From positions 1-34,475 of the IMG/VR virus record IMGVR_UViG_3300032295_002411: a DNA stretch of 34,475 nt; one strand, written 5' to 3'. A program made the translations under genes and the position numbers. Below the pieces are notes generated by a model that saw nothing but the letters and a program-made list of their open reading frames with translations, did no database searches and had not been told where the DNA came from. The stretch is from a virus (lineage: Duplodnaviria; Caudoviricetes). Numbering within the stretch: the first letter of the stretch is position 1; each line of letters opens with the position of its first letter. Of the stretch, positions 10,417-17,391 are shown one piece after another.

Positions 10417-10866
10417 ATGTCATTAGATCCTTCTTTAAAATTTGACTCATTGCGATTACCAGTAATGGGTCATGCTCTTAATGAATTAATTAAAGATTCC
10501 GATTATGATTGGAGTGGATGTTCAACTTTTGAGACTGAAGAGGAATATAAACAACTAAAGTGGGCTATGAAAAATGCTCCTCCAGAAAAACAAGGAATTG
10601 ATAAGTGGACTGGAGAACCATTGAATAGAGTTAGTGCTGAAGAAGCAGGTGCTCCATCTTTTGAAGAGATAAAATCAAAACATGATGAGTACATGGAGGA
10701 ATATAATTTAGCCGCAGGAAAGAGAGAAAGAGTCAGACATTATCCAGAAATAAAAGAACAACTTGATATGTTATATCACGACATAGATAATGGATTGTTA
10801 GGGGATCAAGCAAAAGAAAGTAATTTTTATACAACTATAAAGGAAATTAAAGATACTTATCAATAA
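10417..10866 (+). CDS. Small acidic partner of triplet A; putative tail-fibre assembly/chaperone-like protein
   Basis: The C-terminal motif R...YPEIKEQLDMLYHDIDNG...FYTTIKEIKD resembles small proteins that follow fibre-head genes in marine and freshwater phages. Family recalled, not searched. Confidence 0.55.
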   Translation: MSLDPSLKFDSLRLPVMGHALNELIKDSDYDWSGCSTFETEEEYKQLKWAMKNAPPEKQGIDKWTGEPLNRVSAEEAGAPSFEEIKSKHDEYMEEYNLAAGKRERVRHYPEIKEQLDMLYHDIDNGLLGDQAKESNFYTTIKEIKDTYQ

Positions 10867-10868
10867 TT

Positions 10869-11486
10869 ATGAATTGTTTTTTTGATTTATTTTCGTTATC
10901 TTTTTATTATGAAAATAATAAAAGTTTATCCGAAGAACTTTTACCCATTTCAAAAAAAATATTGGGAGATAATTCCCTATTAACAAATGAATGGGGATAT
11001 AAGAATACATATTCTCTAGATGAGGGACTATCAAAATTACCCGAGTTAAAGTTTTTTGTTGATATTATTTTAGACAGAAGTGCAATTTTATATAAGAATT
11101 CTGGATATAAAATGAAAGATTCTTACAAGTTATGGACTTCAATTTTTACGAGTTCTATGAAGTCCGGCGATAAACACGATGCACACTCACATCCTGGTGC
11201 GATATATTCTGGATTAATTTACTTACAAGTACCAAAAGGATCTTCACCACTACAATTTAAGGGAACAAAAGATTCTATTTTTAATACGGTATTTGAGAAA
11301 GAAATAAAAAAAGAAAATATTTTTAATTATGAGGAAGATGGTTCGATAACAATATATCCACATGAAGGAATGTTTTTAATGTGGGACTCTTGGGCCTTAC
11401 ATAGAGTTCCACAAAATAATATAGATACAGATGAAGAAAGAATTACTATGGTTTTCAATGTAGGTGTAGAAAAAAATGAAATTTAA
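10869..11486 (+). CDS. 2OG-Fe(II) oxygenase-like protein (TIGR02466 / 2OG-FeII_Oxy_5 type)
   Basis: Motifs HDAHSHPG, SGLIYL, WDSWALHRV, RITMVFN. Confidence 0.8.
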   Translation: MNCFFDLFSLSFYYENNKSLSEELLPISKKILGDNSLLTNEWGYKNTYSLDEGLSKLPELKFFVDIILDRSAILYKNSGYKMKDSYKLWTSIFTSSMKSGDKHDAHSHPGAIYSGLIYLQVPKGSSPLQFKGTKDSIFNTVFEKEIKKENIFNYEEDGSITIYPHEGMFLMWDSWALHRVPQNNIDTDEERITMVFNVGVEKNEI

Positions 11487-12174
11487 TAAAGATTATATAT
11501 TTGAAGTGGAAGGACTTATTCCTACTTGGATGCAAGAATATTGGGATGAAATAATTTTAAATTGTGATAGGTGGAAATATGGATTAAGAGGATCACCAAA
11601 TGATATTGAAAAATTTTTTGCAGTATGGATAAGTAGACCAGGAGAAAAACCTTTTATAAATGACATTTCAAATATTGGTAGAACATTTAATGAAATGTGG
11701 CGTAGGGAGGGATTAAACTCTATTATTAAAGATGCTGTTATAGAACAAGTGCATAGAGTTCATGTAAATGGTACTATCCCATCAGATTCTTTTTTATCAG
11801 TTCATCAAGATTGGGAACCTCCAAATTTTTGGACTATGATATATTATGTTGGTGGTTATGATGGAGACACTGTTTTTTATGATGAACCAGATATTAATAA
11901 AGGGGAGATTGATTTTATAGAAAAATACAGAATACCCTTCAAACAGGGGAAAATTGTGTTTTTCCCCTCGTGCATTTGGCATAGAGCTGAATTGCCTTCT
12001 ACAGGTCTTAGATCAACTTTATCGATTAATTATATTTTAAATGATTGTGATATAAACTTAAAAATTCAAGAAGAACGAGGAATTAAAAGAAATAATAAAT
12101 TACCAGATGTTCCTGAGGAACTTAGAAAATTTGAAAATATTACTTTTGGTTTTGGTTCACTAAATCGACATTAA
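11476..12174 (+). CDS. 2OG-Fe(II) oxygenase (HxD...H...R type)
   Basis: Motifs VHQDW, WTMIYY, GDTVFY, FFPSCIWHRA, RSTLSINY. Overlaps the upstream gene by 11 nt. Confidence 0.8.
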   Translation: MKFNKDYIFEVEGLIPTWMQEYWDEIILNCDRWKYGLRGSPNDIEKFFAVWISRPGEKPFINDISNIGRTFNEMWRREGLNSIIKDAVIEQVHRVHVNGTIPSDSFLSVHQDWEPPNFWTMIYYVGGYDGDTVFYDEPDINKGEIDFIEKYRIPFKQGKIVFFPSCIWHRAELPSTGLRSTLSINYILNDCDINLKIQEERGIKRNNKLPDVPEELRKFENITFGFGSLNRH

Positions 12175-12808
12175 AAGCAACACTAACTCGGTCTTCATCT
12201 GTAGTATTTTTAACAGTACTATGAGCTAACCACGCTGGAAATAATATTATATCTCCATCTCTCGGTATAATTTCTATTGATTGTGGACTTCTGGGGCCTT
12301 CTGGGAAGTAACAATTTTCCAACATAATATTGGGGTTTCTAAATTGTATTCCTCCCTGATCTGCATTTACTCTAAAATAGTAAACTCCAGATATTGTATA
12401 TTGAGGATGGACATGATAATCATGGAAAACTCCCTTCTCTGCAATATTGATCCATGAATTTTTTATTTTAAATGTTGCATCATCTATAGAATTTAATATT
12501 GGAGAAGAATTTAATACTGACCATTGTGTAAGTTTAATGTAATGATCTACAGCCTCATATATTCGTTTTTCCAAGTTTCTTAAATTATACTTTTCTATTA
12601 ATTGGTCAGAAACAAAATATCCACTTTCTGGTCTATTTCTTTTTCTTTCTCCAGCATCTTTGTAGATATATGATACACATTCTAAATCATCTTCTTCTAA
12701 AATTTTGTTTAGACAATCACGAATTTCTATTTGCGTGATATCGTAATTATCAACTGTAGCTGGTTGTTTATAAACTGGAGTGGGAAATAAATTAATCAAA
12801 CCATACAT
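12140..12808 (-). CDS. 2OG-Fe(II) oxygenase-like protein (TIGR02466 type)
   Basis: N-terminal LFPTPVY, then SWIN, HDYHVHP, ISGVYY, LFPAWLAHS, RVSVAFN. Confidence 0.85.
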   Translation of the reverse strand: MYGLINLFPTPVYKQPATVDNYDITQIEIRDCLNKILEEDDLECVSYIYKDAGERKRNRPESGYFVSDQLIEKYNLRNLEKRIYEAVDHYIKLTQWSVLNSSPILNSIDDATFKIKNSWINIAEKGVFHDYHVHPQYTISGVYYFRVNADQGGIQFRNPNIMLENCYFPEGPRSPQSIEIIPRDGDIILFPAWLAHSTVKNTTDEDRVSVAFNVDLVNQNQK

Positions 12809-12820
12809 TGAAGTTCACCC

Positions 12821-12828
12821 TATAAATA
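12821..12828 (+). promoter_or_regulatory. T4-type late promoter TATAAATA
   Basis: Exact consensus 40 nt upstream of the 12869 ATG. Confidence 0.75.
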
Positions 12829-12844
12829 ATTTTAATTACACTTT

Positions 12845-12854
12845 ATTATATAGT
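12845..12854 (-). promoter_or_regulatory. Candidate minus-strand promoter element ACTATATAAT
   Basis: Contains TATAAT. The identical 10-mer also precedes the other minus-strand oxygenase (16511-16520). No good -35 is seen. Confidence 0.45.
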
Positions 12855-12868
12855 TTTAAATTTGAATC

Positions 12869-13654
12869 ATGAGAACCATTTACTATGCTCCAAAAATTGA
12901 AAATTCTGGACCAAAGGGTTTTGAACACCCACTTCTAGAAGATGAAATTTTTATTCCAATAAAGCCATATCTATCATATTATAAAGAACATCACGAAAAA
13001 CATGTTTATTGGGAATGTCCCGCATGGAAAAAATACTATAAAAATTCTTTTGTAGTATTTTCTCAATCAAATATAGAGGTTAAGTTTTCAAAAGATGATG
13101 GAGTTGTAGATCCTGAAACTTATGTTCATATGAATATCGATGAGGGATTTGCCATAAATGATATGAATTTATTTGGTAGAAGTATGTTGGGAGAAGATCC
13201 GACTACTACAGGAGTTATACATAACCCATTAAGACCTCCGTATCATGGATTAATTATTGGACAACTTCATCAACATTATTTTTTCTGGACAGAACCACAA
13301 GTTAAAACTTTATGGATTGAAATATTGCCGACAACTATTCCTATTCCTGGAGCTGAATTAGTTAGTGCAGAATATCCTGTTGGTAGGTGGATGAGGCCAA
13401 CAATTTGCGCTTACAAATTTAATGAACCAACTGCAATAAAAAGAGGAGATCCTATCGGCATTCTTAGATTTAGGAATTCTAAAAAATATGATGAAAATTT
13501 CAAACTAGAAAGAAAAGAAATTCCTCAAAATGTAATGAGAAAAGCATATAACCATAGCATACTAAAGAAATTTTTACCTAAAAAATCTTGGGATTTTATT
13601 AAAGATGAACCAAAAGAATCTAAATGTCCTTTTAGTAAACTTCGTTTGTGGTAA
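12869..13654 (+). CDS. Hypothetical CP-motif protein (DUF6065/dUTPase-fold-like cyanophage family)
   Basis: Motifs WECPAW...NSFVV, IKRGDPIGILRF and C-terminal SKCPF. Distantly similar in layout to 16552-17379. Confidence 0.55.
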   Translation: MRTIYYAPKIENSGPKGFEHPLLEDEIFIPIKPYLSYYKEHHEKHVYWECPAWKKYYKNSFVVFSQSNIEVKFSKDDGVVDPETYVHMNIDEGFAINDMNLFGRSMLGEDPTTTGVIHNPLRPPYHGLIIGQLHQHYFFWTEPQVKTLWIEILPTTIPIPGAELVSAEYPVGRWMRPTICAYKFNEPTAIKRGDPIGILRFRNSKKYDENFKLERKEIPQNVMRKAYNHSILKKFLPKKSWDFIKDEPKESKCPFSKLRLW

Positions 13655-13671
13655 AGTTTATAACGAATTGT

Positions 13672-13679
13672 AATAAATA
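13672..13679 (+). promoter_or_regulatory. Late promoter variant AATAAATA
   Basis: ATAAATA core 30 nt upstream of triplet B. Confidence 0.6.
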
Positions 13680-13709
13680 ATATTATAATAATAGATCTAG
13701 ATCAAACTC

Positions 13710-14309
13710 ATGGCTATTATATTGGGTGAAGGTTCCACTCAAAGTAGAATAAGATGTGATGGAAACATGACCATGAATGTTTCCACTAGCACTAATGTAG
13801 AAACATTCTTAAATGGTTTTGCTAGTGGAAATCCAAATCAACCTGCGTTCCAAGCTGCTGGAGCTGCTGATTCTTGGAGATATCTAGTTGCAAATACTTG
13901 GAACGAATTGGGAGTTACAGTTAATTTTAACTGGACTTGGTATCAAAGAGGTGCTTCTGGTGGTGGAATGAACTCTAATGGTAGATATTTTGCACCCAAA
14001 AGTGGATATTATTATTTTCATGCTGACATGTATCAACTTCAAGATACTAATAATACCGCAAACTATACTCATTTAGTATTTGGAATTAATGGTAATGTGG
14101 GTTGGAATAATGGAAGAATTCCTTATACAATATATGGTCATGGAAATTCTCAAGGAGTTGGATCAGCTTACGCACATGGACCCAATATTTCCGCTATTAT
14201 GTTTTTAAGTGAAGGTCAATATTGTAGTCCATATATGTATAAGGGCAACTCTGGTAATACTAGAATTTATACAGGACATAGTTTCTTTTGTGGACACCTA
14301 ATTAGTTAG
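13710..14309 (+). CDS. Triplet-B paralog 1: C1q/TNF-like globular domain protein, putative adhesin subunit
   Basis: C1q-like pattern PAFQA...GRYFAPKSGYYYF...LSEGQY...SFFCGHLI. Confidence 0.75.
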   Translation: MAIILGEGSTQSRIRCDGNMTMNVSTSTNVETFLNGFASGNPNQPAFQAAGAADSWRYLVANTWNELGVTVNFNWTWYQRGASGGGMNSNGRYFAPKSGYYYFHADMYQLQDTNNTANYTHLVFGINGNVGWNNGRIPYTIYGHGNSQGVGSAYAHGPNISAIMFLSEGQYCSPYMYKGNSGNTRIYTGHSFFCGHLIS

Positions 14310-14313
14310 AATC

Positions 14314-14883
14314 ATGCCTATTACAATCGGAACAAATAGTATTACAAGTAATGTAGATTTGGATATCAGACCAAATAATGTAAGAAGTTTATATTATTTG
14401 ACAACTGGACAAAGAATTTCTGATAGAACTCCTGCGTTTACGGCTATTGGAACCGTTGACTGGAGATATCGAGATCAGTTTGGTCAGGGAGCAAACCCAG
14501 AGATCAATAGTACTATTGGTTGGACTTGGAATCAACAAGGAGCTGGATCATTTGGAATGAACTCCAATGGTAGATATTATGCTCCTGTAACTGGAAGATA
14601 TTATTTTTATTTCTCCGCATATGCATATAATGATAATAACTCCACCAGTAGTTATATGCACTTACATATTACTAAAAATTCTGGATATGGTTGGAACAAT
14701 GGAAGGCAACCCCACAATATATACATGCACGCAACCCCATATAATCATGAAGATGGAATTGTAACATCATGTAATATGCAATTAAATCAGGGAGAATATT
14801 GTGTTATAAGACCTTATTGGAATGCAAATAGTTCTAGAATTTATGGAGCACATAGTATGTTTGCTGGAGCACTCATTGGTTAA
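14314..14883 (+). CDS. Triplet-B paralog 2: C1q-like domain protein
   Basis: PAFTA...GRYYAPVTGRYYF...LNQGEY...SMFAGALI. Shares GMNSNGRY and GWNNGR with paralog 1. Confidence 0.75.
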   Translation: MPITIGTNSITSNVDLDIRPNNVRSLYYLTTGQRISDRTPAFTAIGTVDWRYRDQFGQGANPEINSTIGWTWNQQGAGSFGMNSNGRYYAPVTGRYYFYFSAYAYNDNNSTSSYMHLHITKNSGYGWNNGRQPHNIYMHATPYNHEDGIVTSCNMQLNQGEYCVIRPYWNANSSRIYGAHSMFAGALIG

Positions 14884-14889
14884 TAAATA
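14882..14889 (+). promoter_or_regulatory. Late promoter variant AATAAATA overlapping a stop codon
   Basis: TAATAAATA at 14881-14889, then an AGGAG RBS before 14913. Confidence 0.55.
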
Positions 14890-14912
14890 TAACTAATAGG
14901 AGTTTTTCTACA

Positions 14913-15503
14913 ATGTCTATTATTATTGGTTCTAATAGTATATCATCAGACACTGCAGAAATTGAATTTTTTGCAAATAATAATTATGTGCAAGCAGTAA
15001 ACCAAACTACTGGTAGAAGAACGGAATATCCTTCTTTTCATGCATCCTGCAATTTAGATGAATGGAGATATGCTGGTCAAATTGGTGGATGTGGCAGTTG
15101 GAGAGAAGTCGCTAACTGGGGATTTTCTACTGGAGGTAGATGGTCAGTAAATCAAAGAGGCGCTGGTAGTTTTGGATTTGATACCACAAATTGTAGATAC
15201 TTTGCTCCAGTAACTGGATACTATCAATTCGGAATGACAATGTATTACCTGGATGATGGTAATACATATCACTATACTCATTCTAATTTTGGTGTTAATG
15301 GGGGATTAAATTATAACAATGGTCGTCATGGACATTCAATATTTAATCACCCTTCACATGGCAGTTACGCTAAGGGCATAAATACGGAAAATATGATGTC
15401 CTTATCTCAAGGTCAATATGTATCTCCACAACCATATTACAATTGTGGAAACCAAAGATGGTATATGGGACATTTTCATTTTTATGGGCAACTTTGCCCA
15501 TAA
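14913..15503 (+). CDS. Triplet-B paralog 3: C1q-like domain protein
   Basis: PSFHA...CRYFAPVTGYYQF...NNGR...LSQGQY...HFYGQL. Confidence 0.75.
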   Translation: MSIIIGSNSISSDTAEIEFFANNNYVQAVNQTTGRRTEYPSFHASCNLDEWRYAGQIGGCGSWREVANWGFSTGGRWSVNQRGAGSFGFDTTNCRYFAPVTGYYQFGMTMYYLDDGNTYHYTHSNFGVNGGLNYNNGRHGHSIFNHPSHGSYAKGINTENMMSLSQGQYVSPQPYYNCGNQRWYMGHFHFYGQLCP

Positions 15504-15507
15504 TTTT
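15482..15507 (+). terminator. Candidate intrinsic terminator / RNA hairpin at the end of triplet B
   Basis: Perfect 9-bp stem TTATGGGCA-ACTT-TGCCCATAA followed by TTTT. It overlaps the last codons and stop of 14913-15503. Confidence 0.4.
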
Positions 15508-15514
15508 ATAAATA
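15507..15514 (+). promoter_or_regulatory. T4-type late promoter TATAAATA
   Basis: Exact consensus upstream of the triplet-B partner gene. Confidence 0.75.
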
Positions 15515-15539
15515 TTATCAAAACCAAGAATTGAAAACA

Positions 15540-15881
15540 ATGGTAACTTTAAGTGTAGAACTAACTGATTTAGAATATGCTGCTTTAGCTCATATTGCAG
15601 TAGATCCTCATGATTGGTTCAGCGATATGGTAAAACTTCGTTGTAGAAACACCATTCATGAAGTAGCTGATCTAAAAATTAAAGAAATGATTGCAGATCC
15701 CTCTGTAGCTTCTATTCCTGCAGATAAAGAAGTAATTTTTGAAACTTTAGTAAATGATGGAGTTATCAAACCTGCCAGTCAAATGATGGAAGAGGAAGTT
15801 GAGAGAACTAGGATGTTGGTAAGTACTACTCAAGATTTAATTCCAGAAACTCCTGCACTTGATGGAACTAGACCTGTTTGA
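15540..15881 (+). CDS. Small partner of triplet B; putative fibre-associated/chaperone protein
   Basis: Likely starts at ATG 15540 (the track uses TTG 15531). The pattern LTDLEYAALAHIAVDPHDWF...R...EV...IPADKE resembles small proteins that follow phage C1q-like genes (recalled, not searched). Confidence 0.55.
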   Translation: MVTLSVELTDLEYAALAHIAVDPHDWFSDMVKLRCRNTIHEVADLKIKEMIADPSVASIPADKEVIFETLVNDGVIKPASQMMEEEVERTRMLVSTTQDLIPETPALDGTRPV

Positions 15882-16480
15882 TAATCAAGAAGTAAATTAA
15901 AGGATATAGTTATTCTATCTTTTATACACTTATTTACGGAGTGTATTAACTCGGAAGGAAAAAATATTATATTTCCTTCTTCAATATGTGATGTTGAGAA
16001 AACACTTCCAACATCACATACTTTATACTTGTATCCAGAGTGGTTATTAAAAAACATAGTAGTATTTGGTTCATCCAATTCCAATAAATAAATTCCAGAC
16101 AAACTAGCTCCACTGTGAGCATGGAGTTCTTGTGAATATCCAGGTTTATATACATTAAACCAAATTTCTGGTATGATTATATTATCTGGTTTATTGGGGA
16201 ATAAATTTTTATTTTCAAATAATTCATTCAAAGGATTTTCTATAATGGATGTAATTATTTTTTCGGTAAAAATTTTTTTTATATTTTCTTGGTGAAAATA
16301 ACTAGTAATAACTTCACAGTTCCATTTATTTTCTGTTATTTTTCTTTCATTCAATGGAGAATTATAATACTTAAAGTTTTTACTTTCTTCTAAAATTTTA
16401 TTTTTCAATTCTTTTTTTATTTCTTGATGATCTTTTACTTCAGTCCAAAAAATAAAAGGAGAGGGCCAAGTTACTAACAT
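15830..16480 (-). CDS. 2OG-Fe(II) oxygenase-like protein (TIGR02466 type)
   Basis: Motifs WFNVY, QELHAHSG, LSGIYLL, FFPSELIHSV, RITISFN. Confidence 0.85.
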   Translation of the reverse strand: MLVTWPSPFIFWTEVKDHQEIKKELKNKILEESKNFKYYNSPLNERKITENKWNCEVITSYFHQENIKKIFTEKIITSIIENPLNELFENKNLFPNKPDNIIIPEIWFNVYKPGYSQELHAHSGASLSGIYLLELDEPNTTMFFNNHSGYKYKVCDVGSVFSTSHIEEGNIIFFPSELIHSVNKCIKDRITISFNLLLDYQTGLVPSSAGVSGIKS

Positions 16481-16492
16481 AAATTAATAGGG

Positions 16493-16520
16493 GTATATAA
16501 TAACAATTAAATTATATAGT
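16493..16520. promoter_or_regulatory. Overlapping divergent promoter candidates: GTATATAAT (+, 16493-16501) and ACTATATAAT (-, 16511-16520)
   Basis: TATATAAT on both strands in the 71-nt gap between divergent genes. Confidence 0.45.
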
Positions 16521-16551
16521 GACAATCTAAAATTATCATTTCGGTGAATTT

Positions 16552-17379
16552 ATGTTCAAAAAGAAAAATATTATTCAATTTTATGCTTCGGACCAGGCAA
16601 AAGGACTTTCTCAGATATATCCAGCATATAAAAAATTTCCAGAATGGTTTTTAAAAAGTAAAAAATCCAATTTAGGAAAATCAAAATGTCCTTTTGCTCC
16701 AATAATGAATTTTACTCCTTTAGGTAATAGAAGTTCAATTGCTGCAGGAGAAAATCCATATTCTTTAATTAAGGATAGCACAGTACATCATTGTCCTGGA
16801 ATAGTTGATTATTTGAAAACTGGTTACATATTACCATCTTGGACTGACATGTGCTTCAGGATGATTAACGGTGAAATGAGATTTGAATCTGCCTTAGAAA
16901 GTCCAGAACTAAATTATAGTGTTCATAGATTCAATCAGTTTGAAGGAATGTCTTATGAACAAAAACCAAAAATGGGAATGTTCCATAAAGTGTCAAGTCC
17001 TTGGTGGATTAAAACAAGTCCAGGAATATCTGTATTAATTACTGATCCATATTGGAATAGAAATAAAAATTTTACTTCAGTATCCGCAGTTGTACACCCA
17101 GACATCACTCCAATTCATTTAAAGTGGTTTTTTGAATTTAATTACTCAATTCAAGACACTCCGGAAATTTATGATCAGAAAAAACAAGTAGTATTAAAAG
17201 ATACTCCACTTATGTTAATTATTCCATTCAAAAGAACGGAGTTTAATCATGAGATAAATTTTCTATCAAACGAAAAATTATCTGAATTACATAGAGATAA
17301 TTATTACGGATCAATTTCTTGGTTTACTGACACCATTTATAATAAGTTCAGGAAATGTTTAAACAATTTTTATAAGTAA
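16552..17379 (+). CDS. Hypothetical CP-motif protein (DUF6065/dUTPase-fold-like cyanophage family)
   Basis: Motifs SKCPF, TVHHCPGIVDYLKTGYILPSWTD, SPWWIKTSPGISVL, TPLMLIIPFKR. Confidence 0.6.
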   Translation: MFKKKNIIQFYASDQAKGLSQIYPAYKKFPEWFLKSKKSNLGKSKCPFAPIMNFTPLGNRSSIAAGENPYSLIKDSTVHHCPGIVDYLKTGYILPSWTDMCFRMINGEMRFESALESPELNYSVHRFNQFEGMSYEQKPKMGMFHKVSSPWWIKTSPGISVLITDPYWNRNKNFTSVSAVVHPDITPIHLKWFFEFNYSIQDTPEIYDQKKQVVLKDTPLMLIIPFKRTEFNHEINFLSNEKLSELHRDNYYGSISWFTDTIYNKFRKCLNNFYK

Positions 17380-17391
17380 TTGGAGATCGTA

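Noticed and set aside
13681-13703. Two 10-bp palindromes (TATTATAATA and GATCTAGATC) upstream of triplet B
   Set aside because: Short, partly pure AT, and not seen repeated at other promoters. Compatible with chance.
8648-15503. Diversity-generating retroelement or invertible shufflon acting on the paralogs, suggested by the Mtd-like fibre N-terminus and similar DNA stretches (e.g. near 9515 and 10092)
   Set aside because: No reverse transcriptase or recombinase in the window. Differences between the copies I compared are mostly synonymous and not adenine-specific. All copies are full ORFs in the same orientation.
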